Source of the DNA: Candidatus Latescibacterota bacterium
GTDB lineage: Bacteria > Latescibacterota > UBA2968 > UBA8231
Assembly (NCBI GenBank): GCA_965197905.1
Contig: CBDAOB010000001.1
Location: 32,001-96,000, forward strand
Direction: 5' to 3'
DNA length: 64,000 bases
Shown here: positions 10,538 to 22,525 of the stretch, piece after piece
How positions within the stretch are numbered: the stretch's first letter is position 1
How the letters are laid out: each line of letters begins with the position of its first letter
Position numbers and translations under genes: made by a program
The notes under the pieces: model-generated
The model's input: only the letters and a program-made list of their open reading frames with translations
What the model was told of the DNA's origin: nothing
Databases searched by the model: none

Positions 10538-11305
10538 CAGCACCAGGCGGGCGGCCTCGACGGCATCTCCGAACACGATTTCGAACGATTGACAACGCTC
10601 AACCAAAGCCCCGATCAAGTCTGGCCCTTCCTGCTCCCACAATTCGAGATTAAACGATTGCTCGAGAATTCGTTCCGCCGCAGCTGCTTCACCCAAGGGA
10701 GAGCAACGAGGTTCGCAACCCCGCTGAAAATCGGGAAACAGTAGTGTTGCCGCCTCGGTTGGGGCCGGCGTGGGTAGGGTTGACAGATCTCCTGGAGGAA
10801 CGAAGGAGTAACCTTCGAACCTGGCAAACGGCAGGCTCGATGCTCCTGCCTCCGGGAATTCCGACTGGGTCCCCTGATGGACGATGAAATCGCGGGGAAA
10901 AGCGTGTACGCACAGGGTGGCTGGGTCGATGAGGGCGATCTCATCCGTCAGTGGGCGGGCACCCAACCGGGCGAACCCGATTACCAGAGAGGTCTTGCCG
11001 CTGTCTGGAGGTCCGACCATCAAGATGGCGGCCCCGGCCGACACCGTCGCCGCCGCGTGGATTTGCAGGTAATGGCCGAGCCCCGCCATTGCGGCTTCCG
11101 TGAGACTCCACTCGACCTGGCTGAAGAAGGTGGGGAGATCGTCGGACGTGCAGAGATCGACGCCATCCTGGACCATGGCGAATCGACCGCTCCGATTCTC
11201 GAGTTCGAAATAGGCTTGCGGCAGCCCGCTACCGACCCTGGCCGCGCGATACAACCCGCGTGCCATTTGATCTAGCCGCGGATCGTCGCCGCCCACGGCA
11301 AACAC
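10523..11305 (-). CDS. HPr-kinase-related P-loop protein
   Basis: IHAA motif, GPPDSGKTS Walker A, LTDEIALID; start uncertain. Confidence 0.65.
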   Translation of the reverse strand: MFAVGGDDPRLDQMARGLYRAARVGSGLPQAYFELENRSGRFAMVQDGVDLCTSDDLPTFFSQVEWSLTEAAMAGLGHYLQIHAAATVSAGAAILMVGPPDSGKTSLVIGFARLGARPLTDEIALIDPATLCVHAFPRDFIVHQGTQSEFPEAGASSLPFARFEGYSFVPPGDLSTLPTPAPTEAATLLFPDFQRGCEPRCSPLGEAAAAERILEQSFNLELWEQEGPDLIGALVERCQSFEIVFGDAVEAARLVLSKIE

Positions 11306-11355
11306 GAAGTCAGCGATCGCATAAAGCAGCTGCCAGCGATCAGCGGCATTCGCAG

Positions 11356-11640
11356 CTATGCAGCTATCCTCCGATCGAGCTGTTCGCGTTGATCGCGCAG
11401 GTGCTGCAGCTCTGCGCGGGATTCTTCCATCTCGTTGAGAAGGCGGCCCCGTCGGGTCTCCATATGCTGTAGATGGTTGCGGACACCAATGGACTCCGCG
11501 CGCAGCGCGGAAAACTGTTTCTTGAGGTCACTGACAGAGCTGTCAACGCGGCGCAAGCGAGCGCGCAATTTTCGAAGGCGGATGGCGGTAAACCATCGAA
11601 GAACAAGCACGACGGTCAACAGAATTGAGAGCAGTAACAA
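11356..11640 (-). CDS. small membrane-anchored coiled-coil protein
   Basis: One N-terminal hydrophobic segment then heptad-like charged helix; AAAGGAAAG before TTG. Confidence 0.55.
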   Translation of the reverse strand: MLLLSILLTVVLVLRWFTAIRLRKLRARLRRVDSSVSDLKKQFSALRAESIGVRNHLQHMETRRGRLLNEMEESRAELQHLRDQREQLDRRIAA

Positions 11641-11717
11641 TGAAGCTTTCCTTTGGTTTCTCTAATACTACATGTTGCAATGTACTCCATTTATCGACCC
11701 CTATTTGGTCTGCTCCA

Positions 11718-11933
11718 CTACTTTTGCCGATCTTGGTCGATCTCGAATTGGTCCAGCTCACGAATGAGAAGCCGCACGATCTGTCGTTCCTTCGACGAAG
11801 CGCCGGCTACCAGGGCCATGAGCAGGCGGCAATTTTCGCCTCCGTCCAGCTTCTTCAATAGATCCTCCATTATTTCTCGGCGACCATCGGGAATCAGGGA
11901 GACAACCTGCTGGGTCAAATCCGTTTCTGTCAC
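11718..11933 (-). CDS. small hypothetical protein (MTETDLTQQ...)
   Basis: AAGGA upstream of GTG at 11933; helical composition; 3' part of ORF 11718..12218. Confidence 0.45.
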   Translation of the reverse strand: MTETDLTQQVVSLIPDGRREIMEDLLKKLDGGENCRLLMALVAGASSKERQIVRLLIRELDQFEIDQDRQK

Positions 11934-12259
11934 GATGAGATCCTTTTTTCCGGACGTCAATGAGGGCACTTCGCCGTCGAAATACGCCACGAACGAGTAC
12001 GGTCGGCACGACAACCAAACTAGCCGCGCGCCGATTGTGCCGTCAAGTGAGCATGTCCTTGACCGGCAATCCACCATATGGTATTGTTCTGCTCGAATTC
12101 CCCAATCTATTGTGTTGAACTCTCCCCCCAAACCAAGCTGAGCGTTGTCATCTCGCTGCCCCGGATGCCGAATTTTGGCCGCAGGCCCTGCGAAACTGGC
12201 ACCACCTCTCCACTTCACCCCTGTATCCGTCGATGAGTTGGGCGTGAAGGAGTTCTGCG

Positions 12260-15200
12260 TTGCGTCTTAGCCACCTGGAAATTTTCGGTTTCAAATCTTT
12301 CGCCCAAAAGGTTCAGATCCCTTTTGGAGCGGGCATTACGGCGATCGTCGGTCCGAACGGTTGCGGTAAATCGAACGTTGTCGAGGCGATTCGGTGGGTG
12401 CTGGGAGAACAGAAGGCTACCGCTTTTCGCAGCCACAAGATGGACGAAGTCGTCTTCGCCGGCACGCGGAATCGCAAGCCGTTGGGTATGGCGGAAGTCG
12501 TGCTGACCATCGAGAACACGAACAAGGTCCTGCCCGTCGATTTCACCGAGGTCACACTGGCCCGACGCCTCTTCCGTTCGGGTGAAAGCGATTACCTGCT
12601 CAACAAGGTCCCCTGCCGCCTGCTCGATATTCAGAATCTCCTGATGGACACCGGTTTGGGCCAGGGCGCCTACGCGGTCATGGAACAGGGCATGGTGGAC
12701 GAGATCATCAGCGAGAAGACCGACAACAGACGGCGAATTCTGGAGGAGGCCGCCGGCATAACCAAATACAAGGTGCGTCGGCGATCGACCTGGTCCAAGC
12801 TCGAATCGACCAATGCCGATCTCACCCGTCTGGCCGATATCATCGTGGAGGTCAAACGTCAGGTCGACTACCTCGGCCGTCAGGTAGGGCGGGCCCGACG
12901 GTACAAGGATTTGAAGGGTGAGCTCGACGAGCTGGAAGTGAAAATGGGTCGCTTGCGCTACTTCGGCACCCGAGAATCTCTGGCACCTCTCGAAGTTGAG
13001 CTCGGACGACTGGGCAAGCTGGCCGAGGAGAACTCAACCCGCTTTACGGTACGCGAAACGGAGTTGGAAAAGACGCGTCTCGCGCTTACGGAAGCCGAGA
13101 AGGCGTTGCAGGATCTGGGAGTCGAGATGACCAGGTGCGTCGAGGAGATCCACCACCGCGACCGCAAGCTGGTTGAGGCCCGCGAACGGCGCGAATCTGC
13201 CGACCAGTTTATCGTTCGAGCCGGCAGGGAAAAAGCAGAGAACGCGCAACAAATCGAGACCGCGGAGAAGCAGCTGACCGAGACGGCGAATCTGCTCGCC
13301 AATTCCGATGCGGAGGCGGAGCAGCTCCGCCAGCGGGTCGAAGCTGCCGCCGCGGAAGCAGCGGAAGCACAGACAGCATTCACCAGCAGCCGGACCGGGC
13401 TCGACGAGATCCGCGCCCAGCGATTGGAGCTGGTGAGAAAACAGGGAGAGCTCAACCGCGGGCTCGAACGACTGCGCACGGAAGACGGTGGCCTGCAACA
13501 GCAGGCCGCCCGCTTGACCGCCGATCTTGCCGAGGTCGAAACCAGAAATGCAAGCGTGGTCGCCGACGAGCGTGCCGCGCGCGCGAAGGCGCACGAGTAC
13601 GGCGAACGCCTGGAGGTTCTCCTGAAGGATCGCGAAGAGGTTCGAGGGCGTCTCGCCGAGGCGGAAGCGGAAGACCGTTCCCTGAAGGAAACGCACGGGG
13701 AGGTTCTTCGGGCGATCGAGGCCAACGATGCTCGCTGCCTCGTTATGGAAAAGGTACGCTCGGGCTACGAGGGTTATGCCAGCGGTGTGCGTACGCTGAT
13801 GCTCGAATGGGAGCGTCGGGATCTCTTTCGGGGGGTCCTAGGAGACCTGATCGATGTGGAGACCGGTTATCACCGAGCCGTGGAGACCGCTCTAGGGGAT
13901 TCGGTGGAATCTCTGATCGCGGAAAGCAGCGACGGCGTTCTGGACGCCATTAACTATCTGAAGGGTCATAGGGGACGGGCCGGGGTGCTCCCGTTGGACT
14001 GGGATCGAGGGGAGGTGCCCGACGTGGCCCTGTCCGATCTTCCGGGCCTTGTGGGCCCGTTGCGGAATTTCGTCCGAGCGGACCAGGTGGTCGCGACCCT
14101 GATAGACACGCTTCTCAGAAATACCTTCGTCGTCAGCGATCTCGAGACCGCGTTGAAGATGGCCCCCCACCTTGCCGCTCGAGGCGTGCGACTCGTCACC
14201 GCCGACGGCGACCTCTGCGACCTGACGGGCAGGATTGCCGGCGGCACCGCGGATTCGGATGACGAATCCGTGCTCGGCCGCAGAGAACAGATTCGCCACC
14301 TGCGTCTCGCGATTGCACGGGACAAGTCGCGTCTGGCCGCGCTCGACGGCAGGTTGACGGCGGAAGCGGCGCGGCGTCAGGTGCTCGGCGCGCGCGACGC
14401 GGAAATCGAGACTGAAATCGAAACCCTGCGCGAGGGGGAGCGGGAGCGGCTCAAGGCGGCGGAACTGTGTCAAAGCGAATCCCGTCAGTTAGGGGCGCGG
14501 CAGACCCTCCTCAAGACCTCACATGAGGAGATGTCCGTACGACGCCGGGAACTGGCCGAGGCGATCCAGACACAGGGGGAGAAAGCGGCCGAAATGGTGC
14601 GGGACGCTACCGGCTTGGAAGAGGAAGTGCTTTCCGGAGAGGAGTTGCTTCAGCGCACTGAATCGGCACATCAGGATTGCGTCAAGGGTCTTTCCCTTCT
14701 GCGCGTCGAAGAGGTCCGACAAACCGAGAAGAATGTCGGCATGAAGCGGGACCAGGAACGCCTCCAGCACATTCGCGCAAATCTGGCTCAAAACTACGAC
14801 CGCCTTGAGTCGGACATCACCGATGCGCACGAACGACAGCGCAGCTGGCGCCAGCAGGAGGTTGAAGTAACGGCCGAGCTCAAGGTGATGCACGAACAGC
14901 GGGATGAACTTCAACGAGAGCAGGACAAGAAACGCCAGAGTTGGAGCGATGTGCAGATTCAGACGCGACAGTTAGAGGAGCAGATCGGCAAACTGCAGAA
15001 AGAGCTCAACACTCAGCGGGAACGAAGACACCAGCTCGAGCTTGAAGTCTCCGAGTTGAAGCTGCGGGCGGAGCAGATTCGCACCTCACTGCAGGAAGAT
15101 CACAGCTGCGATGTCGAATTCCTGGGGCCGTTGGAAGAGGAAGGTTTCGACGGCGACAAGAAGGAGGAACGAATACTGCAGCTGCGCAACTCGATTCAAC

Positions 15201-15823
15201 GCCTGGGCACGGTGCACGTCGGCGTGCTCGAGGAGTACGAGGAGCAGAAAGAAAGGTTCGAGTTCCTCTGCCAGCAACGGGACGATCTGAACGCCGCGGT
15301 CGAGGATCTGCGCAAGACCCTGAGCCTCATCGACCGCACGGCGCGGACGATTTTTCGCGAGTCCTTTCACCAGATTCGCGAGAAATTCCGTGAGACCTTC
15401 GCCAGGTTTTTCCCCGGGGGTGAAGCCGATCTGCGGTTGGAGGAGGACGTGGATCCCCTGGAAGCGAACATCGACATCATTGCGCGACCTCGGGGGAAGC
15501 GCCTCCAGAGCATCGCACTGCTCTCCGGCGGGGAGCGGGCGCTCACCGCGATCTCCTTGCTGTTCGCGCTCTACCTGGTTCGACCGAGCCCGTTCTGCAT
15601 TCTAGACGAGGTGGACGCACCGCTGGACGACGCCAACATCGGTCGATTCGTACACGTCCTCAAAGAGTTCGCCCGCACCACCCAGTTTATCATGGTCACC
15701 CACAACAAGATCTCCATGCACGCAGCCGACGCCCTTCACGGGGTCACCATGCCGGAAGAGGGAATTTCGCAGCTGGTCTCGGTTGCGATCGGCGACGAGC
15801 TCATGAACGAGGCGGCGGGCTAA
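12260..15823 (+). CDS. smc: chromosome segregation protein SMC
   Basis: GFKSF, GPNGCGKSN, coiled coils and hinge, LSGGE, LDEVDAPLD. Confidence 0.97.
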   Translation: MRLSHLEIFGFKSFAQKVQIPFGAGITAIVGPNGCGKSNVVEAIRWVLGEQKATAFRSHKMDEVVFAGTRNRKPLGMAEVVLTIENTNKVLPVDFTEVTLARRLFRSGESDYLLNKVPCRLLDIQNLLMDTGLGQGAYAVMEQGMVDEIISEKTDNRRRILEEAAGITKYKVRRRSTWSKLESTNADLTRLADIIVEVKRQVDYLGRQVGRARRYKDLKGELDELEVKMGRLRYFGTRESLAPLEVELGRLGKLAEENSTRFTVRETELEKTRLALTEAEKALQDLGVEMTRCVEEIHHRDRKLVEARERRESADQFIVRAGREKAENAQQIETAEKQLTETANLLANSDAEAEQLRQRVEAAAAEAAEAQTAFTSSRTGLDEIRAQRLELVRKQGELNRGLERLRTEDGGLQQQAARLTADLAEVETRNASVVADERAARAKAHEYGERLEVLLKDREEVRGRLAEAEAEDRSLKETHGEVLRAIEANDARCLVMEKVRSGYEGYASGVRTLMLEWERRDLFRGVLGDLIDVETGYHRAVETALGDSVESLIAESSDGVLDAINYLKGHRGRAGVLPLDWDRGEVPDVALSDLPGLVGPLRNFVRADQVVATLIDTLLRNTFVVSDLETALKMAPHLAARGVRLVTADGDLCDLTGRIAGGTADSDDESVLGRREQIRHLRLAIARDKSRLAALDGRLTAEAARRQVLGARDAEIETEIETLREGERERLKAAELCQSESRQLGARQTLLKTSHEEMSVRRRELAEAIQTQGEKAAEMVRDATGLEEEVLSGEELLQRTESAHQDCVKGLSLLRVEEVRQTEKNVGMKRDQERLQHIRANLAQNYDRLESDITDAHERQRSWRQQEVEVTAELKVMHEQRDELQREQDKKRQSWSDVQIQTRQLEEQIGKLQKELNTQRERRHQLELEVSELKLRAEQIRTSLQEDHSCDVEFLGPLEEEGFDGDKKEERILQLRNSIQRLGTVHVGVLEEYEEQKERFEFLCQQRDDLNAAVEDLRKTLSLIDRTARTIFRESFHQIREKFRETFARFFPGGEADLRLEEDVDPLEANIDIIARPRGKRLQSIALLSGGERALTAISLLFALYLVRPSPFCILDEVDAPLDDANIGRFVHVLKEFARTTQFIMVTHNKISMHAADALHGVTMPEEGISQLVSVAIGDELMNEAAG

Positions 15824-16688
15824 TTCCCAATCCTGCCAGATCCAGGTCGTAGGGATTCTTTTCCACAAACATTAAGGCACGGGACCTCGTCCGCTCATCG
15901 TCTGACGCGATGGCTCGGCGCACGAAGTCGGGGTTGTTTTCCAGAAACTCTTTCATCGCCGCCTCGGGATCGCCGTAATACGCCACCAGCACGCGCCGCT
16001 GTTCGGTGTCGATCTGCCCCTCCTGCTCAAGCTCGTCGAACACCGACTCGTCCACCCGCAGCAAACATTTGGTCTCGACGCCCGCCGCGGACAATTTTTC
16101 GACGCCGCCCTGACCCCGATCCACCACGTTCAGCGACCTTGCAAGGACACCACCCCGTTCCGCCAGAGCCGGGATCCAGGCCCTGAAATAGCTGGATGCT
16201 TCGGTCACGAGATCAGCTATGTGCAGGGCTCGCTTCCCCTGCAGATCGGCGTCTTTGACGCTGTTGCCATTGACGAGAAGCACATCCTTGTTCTTGTAGA
16301 CCAGCAGATGAGGCTTGTCCATGCGGACGGCCACCGGTAGAGAGAAGAACCAGTCGCGCCGCTCGCCGCCGGACACGACATCGAAATCGTCGTTCGCGGC
16401 AGCTGCCTGTACCAGGCAGTCGATGGACCCGCGGTACAGCGCATCTTCTTCGAGCTGCTGCAGAAGCCTTCGCTTCATTTCGAGAGGAAACTGGGTGCGA
16501 TCGGAACGACCTTCTTCGATGAACGCAAGAAACCGCTCCGCCTCTCCCTGACCGCCGTAGAGATAGTGGGTGTTTATGTAATACGGTCCCACCGTTCCGG
16601 AGGTGTACCAAAAAAGCTCGCCAGCGGAGGCAAACCGGAGCGCCCCGCTTTTCAGCAGTGAGTTCAGGATGTCGGACTTCGTGGTCAT
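15801..16688 (-). CDS. orotate phosphoribosyltransferase-like type I PRTase
   Basis: F.YTSG..GPYYIN, IADLVTEASS PRPP loop, VVDR.QGG. Confidence 0.7.
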   Translation of the reverse strand: MTTKSDILNSLLKSGALRFASAGELFWYTSGTVGPYYINTHYLYGGQGEAERFLAFIEEGRSDRTQFPLEMKRRLLQQLEEDALYRGSIDCLVQAAAANDDFDVVSGGERRDWFFSLPVAVRMDKPHLLVYKNKDVLLVNGNSVKDADLQGKRALHIADLVTEASSYFRAWIPALAERGGVLARSLNVVDRGQGGVEKLSAAGVETKCLLRVDESVFDELEQEGQIDTEQRRVLVAYYGDPEAAMKEFLENNPDFVRRAIASDDERTRSRALMFVEKNPYDLDLAGLGISPPPRS

Positions 16689-17224
16689 GTCGGTAGATCT
16701 CCCTCTGGTATCTCGCTCAGCTTCGAATTACTGCCATCTCTCGGAGAGAGGATCGGTGTCGCCGCAATATCCCAAGGTAACGCTATCTCGGGATCGTCCC
16801 AGGCTACACCTAACTCATCAGTATCGTCGTAGTAGTTGTCCACAAGGTAGTTGAGTGTTGCGTCGGTCTGTGCGAAGAAACCGTGAGCAACCCCGCTTGG
16901 AATGAAGAGACCCCGCGGTCGTTCCTGATCTAGATCTATGACCAGCTTGTTGGTTCGGGTTGGGGACGAGGACCGGAGATCGCACAGGCCAACTCGCAGT
17001 TCCCCGACGACACAATGCCAGTAATCTATCTGTCGATGGTGGTAGTGCAGCCCACGCAGAACCCCCGCTTTAGACTCAGACCGGCTCCATTGCAGCTTTT
17101 CCCACGAGCGCTGGGGGAACCACTCCTTCCTGAATAGCTCAATGAAGCGACCCCGCTCGTCTCCGTGGACTTCCATATCGACCAGAAACACTCCGGCGAT
17201 CTCCTTCGTTTCCTCCGGTAACAT
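16685..17224 (-). CDS. rfbC: dTDP-4-dehydrorhamnose 3,5-epimerase
   Basis: D.RG.F.E, GVLRGLH, DLR..SPT, IP.GVAHGF, WDDP; TGATG coupling to upstream gene. Confidence 0.9.
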   Translation of the reverse strand: MLPEETKEIAGVFLVDMEVHGDERGRFIELFRKEWFPQRSWEKLQWSRSESKAGVLRGLHYHHRQIDYWHCVVGELRVGLCDLRSSSPTRTNKLVIDLDQERPRGLFIPSGVAHGFFAQTDATLNYLVDNYYDDTDELGVAWDDPEIALPWDIAATPILSPRDGSNSKLSEIPEGDLPT

Positions 17225-17931
17225 CACGATGAACCCTTTCCGCAGCACTTCTTATACTTCTTTCCGCTTCCGCAAGGACAGGGATCGTTCCGCCCTATCT
17301 TCGGAGCCTCCCGACGTTGGGTCTCCACCTTTTGTGGAAATAGGCCCGCTGCGCCGAGAAGCTCAGACGGTTTCTTGCCATTCAGCGCCTCTCGGGGTGT
17401 GGTCAGCCATTCGGTGTGAAGCTCCTGCATCGCAGCCTGCGACACTTCATCCGGCTCGCCCTCCCCTGTCCCCCGCTCCTGGCAGAACAACCCGAAATCG
17501 GCCATCAACTCACCCCTCGGCGAGGAGAGGAGCTCCTCCAGCTGCCCCATGTCGACGCGCTTGGGAAGCAGCTCCTGAAGGTCACCCATCTCGGGCATCG
17601 CGGCAGTCGGCACCGGAAGCGCGCCCGTCTCCGCCACGACTGGATCCATCTCGGCAACACCCTGCTCAGGATCCGGTTCCTCTCGGGTCTCGGCCGGCGC
17701 GACCTCCGATGACAGCTCCTCCAGCAAGCTCCTCAGCTCCTGCCCGTTGTCAGGTGTTGCCTCCGGACGGATCTGGTCCATGATCCAGTCCACCGTCTCA
17801 CCCTCTTCCAGGAGCTCGAGAATCTCATCAGCCGTGAATCGCTGCACACCACGTTCCCGACAATAGATCTTCAGTCGCTCGGTCGCTTCACCCAATATCG
17901 TCTTCTCAGATACGGTTGTAGTGGTCCGCAC
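17224..17931 (-). CDS. SEC-C metal-binding domain protein
   Basis: C-terminal [20 protein letters not shown]. Confidence 0.8.
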   Translation of the reverse strand: MRTTTTVSEKTILGEATERLKIYCRERGVQRFTADEILELLEEGETVDWIMDQIRPEATPDNGQELRSLLEELSSEVAPAETREEPDPEQGVAEMDPVVAETGALPVPTAAMPEMGDLQELLPKRVDMGQLEELLSSPRGELMADFGLFCQERGTGEGEPDEVSQAAMQELHTEWLTTPREALNGKKPSELLGAAGLFPQKVETQRREAPKIGRNDPCPCGSGKKYKKCCGKGSS

Positions 17932-17994
17932 ACGGACGAACGATTCACCCCAGCCATCAAATTCTTGAGACCCAACCTCAAAAATCTGAGGATT

Positions 17995-18024
17995 TGTAAC
18001 CTTTCGCGCAGCGGGGACATCTAA
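17995..18024 (+). promoter_or_regulatory. putative ECF-sigma (autoregulatory) promoter
   Basis: TGTAAC-N17-CATCTAA upstream of the ECF sigma gene. Confidence 0.45.
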
Positions 18025-18073
18025 TTAAGGCGGATACAGAGGCCAAAATGGCATGGATTCAGCCAAAATTGCG

Positions 18074-18089
18074 CGGTACGCATCTTGCT
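18074..18089 (+). promoter_or_regulatory. putative sigma54 -24/-12 promoter
   Basis: CGGTACGCATCTTGCT, GG-N10-GC. Confidence 0.5.
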
Positions 18090-18154
18090 AAAACTGTGAA
18101 CAACCAGGAATCCCGGTTCTTGCCTCCTCCAACGATTCAACCGAAAGGTTCAAC

Positions 18155-18763
18155 GTGGACAGCAGCCGAAAATTGAGCGACAAGGAAGTCCTGATGCAGG
18201 CCGCGGAGGACAACAACAGCCTGGCTGTGCTCGTCAAACGCTATCGGAATCCTCTTTACAATTTTGTGTTCCGATTTGTCGGCGAGCGGGAAACAGCCGA
18301 GGACATCGTCCAGGAGACTTTCCTTCGCTGCCTCAAGCACAGCCACCAGTACCCGGCCATCGAGCAGGTCTCCACCTGGCTTTACACCATCGCCGGGAAT
18401 CTTGCCAAGACCGAGCTGCGCCGCCGCAAGCGCTGGCACTGGGTTCCCATAGGTCCCAGCGAGGATGAGGAGCGGGTCTCCTACTTCGAACCGGTTGCCC
18501 GCGATCTGCTGCCTGGCGAGCGCAGCGACACAACCACAGTGCACGATTCGGTCATTGTCGCGATTCACCGACTTCCAGAGGAGTTTCGCGAGGCGGTCTT
18601 GCTGCGCGACCTGAACGGACTCTCCTATGAAGAGATCTCCAAGATCATCAACTGTCCGGTCGGCACGGTCAAGTCGCGGGTAAATCGGGGTCGTATTCGC
18701 CTACAGAAGAACCTGCGGCCGCTGGCCGAAGAGGTCATCGGCAATCTCAGCGCCACCGCCTAA
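18155..18763 (+). CDS. ECF-family RNA polymerase sigma factor
   Basis: AEDIVQETF, STWLYTIA.N, LSYEEIS.I..CPVGTVKSR..RGR. Confidence 0.93.
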   Translation: MDSSRKLSDKEVLMQAAEDNNSLAVLVKRYRNPLYNFVFRFVGERETAEDIVQETFLRCLKHSHQYPAIEQVSTWLYTIAGNLAKTELRRRKRWHWVPIGPSEDEERVSYFEPVARDLLPGERSDTTTVHDSVIVAIHRLPEEFREAVLLRDLNGLSYEEISKIINCPVGTVKSRVNRGRIRLQKNLRPLAEEVIGNLSATA

Positions 18764-18785
18764 AGCGTCCCCATTCGAGCGCCCC

Positions 18786-19838
18786 TCAAAACGCCCGGTG
18801 AATCAGAAACTCGAGCATCTCACCCATAATATCTCGTGCAGGGGTGGGCGGTAGCCTCTCCAGGTACTGAAGGCTGACCTCCGCAGTCTGCTGACAGACT
18901 TCGTCGGCGTAAGCCATGCAGCCGTACTCCTCGACGAGACCGATGACGCGTTCGATCTCGTCGGTCGATATCGACTCTCGATCTCTGTGGAGAATCTCCA
19001 GGACCTCCTTCGATTCGAGGTTGGTAGATTTGCGTAGTAGGTCGATGATAATCAGGGTTCGTTTGCCTTCGGCAATGTCCCCACCCCGCTCCTTCCCGTA
19101 AGCACCCGAAGTTATCCCGGGAGCAATGTCAGCGTCCTGCTCGGATGAGGTCAGGTTGAGCAGGTCGTCGCGAATCTGGAAGGCAACAGCCATCTCCTCC
19201 CCGAAGCGGCCGATGGTGGAGCGCATATTGGCATCGGCGTCGGCAATAATGGCGCCAGCCGTGCAGGGGCCGCGACCGGTATACCAGCCGGTCTTCTTGC
19301 GCAGCATCACCATAAATTCGGCTTCGGTCGGGATGTGCCGTTGACGAATCCAGCCAACATCGAACGCCTGCCCTTCGAACGTTTCCCGCGAGCCGCGGAC
19401 CATCTCTTGTATCAACTCGAGCACCACGCCGCCGGGAAGGTTCTCGTCGTTGGCGCAAAGAACCTCAAACACCTTTGAGTAAAGGGCATCTCCGACGTTT
19501 ACACTCAGGGGCACACCATGAAGCTTGTGAATGCATGGCTTTCCCCTGCGAAAGTCTGAATCGTCTTCGATATCGTCGTGCACGACGGCAAATGACTGGA
19601 ACATCTCGAAAGCGGCCGCCGTGCGGACGGCGCGACTGACATCGCCACCGAGTGCCTCGCACGCCAGCAGCACGAGGGCCGGGCGAAAACGTTTGCCTCC
19701 CCTTTCGGGGTAGTCGCGCATCGGTCCATACAGGAATCCCTCCGGCTCCTGCAACGGCAGAAACGAAAACATCTCGCGTTCGATTTCGGGAATGTATTGA
19801 TGCAGGTAGGAACGCAAGGCCGGCTGCACCGGTGCCAT
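18786..19838 (-). CDS. polyprenyl diphosphate synthase (IdsA/GGPP synthase type)
   Basis: GGKR.RP, HDDIEDD...RRG, GQ..D, KKTG, FQIRDD, DI.EGK. Confidence 0.92.
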   Translation of the reverse strand: MAPVQPALRSYLHQYIPEIEREMFSFLPLQEPEGFLYGPMRDYPERGGKRFRPALVLLACEALGGDVSRAVRTAAAFEMFQSFAVVHDDIEDDSDFRRGKPCIHKLHGVPLSVNVGDALYSKVFEVLCANDENLPGGVVLELIQEMVRGSRETFEGQAFDVGWIRQRHIPTEAEFMVMLRKKTGWYTGRGPCTAGAIIADADANMRSTIGRFGEEMAVAFQIRDDLLNLTSSEQDADIAPGITSGAYGKERGGDIAEGKRTLIIIDLLRKSTNLESKEVLEILHRDRESISTDEIERVIGLVEEYGCMAYADEVCQQTAEVSLQYLERLPPTPARDIMGEMLEFLIHRAF

Positions 19839-19847
19839 ACCTTGCGC

Positions 19848-20252
19848 CTACAGACCGCCGGCGAGCTTGAGGCGGTTCAGCGCCCGGCTGAGGGATGCTT
19901 CGGCCCGTATGCGGTCCACATCCTCTTCGTGAGCGCGGCTCAACCGGTCTTCTGCCCGTTGACGGGCAGCGCGGGCGCGGTCCGCGTCTATATGCGCGGC
20001 CAGCTCGGCGGTCTCAGCCAGTACCGTAACGCTCTGGCCGTCTACCTCCACGAATCCACCACTCGTTGAAGCGTACTGATCACCTGCGCTTGCCTCCTTG
20101 AAGGAGATGACGCCGACGGCAACCCCGGCGAGCATCGGCACGTGTCTTGGCAGCACGCCGAAACTCCCCTCGCTGCCAGGCACCTTCACGCTTTCAACGC
20201 TTCCGGAGTAGATGCGCTGCTCTGGGGTCACGATTTCCAGTTGAATCGGCAT
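19848..20252 (-). CDS. atpC: ATP synthase epsilon
   Basis: LEIVTPE, GVLP.H, SGGFVEV, RALNRL. Confidence 0.95.
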   Translation of the reverse strand: MPIQLEIVTPEQRIYSGSVESVKVPGSEGSFGVLPRHVPMLAGVAVGVISFKEASAGDQYASTSGGFVEVDGQSVTVLAETAELAAHIDADRARAARQRAEDRLSRAHEEDVDRIRAEASLSRALNRLKLAGGL

Positions 20253-20260
20253 TTGCAAAC

Positions 20261-22524
<2,264 letters not shown>

Positions 22525-22525
22525 G

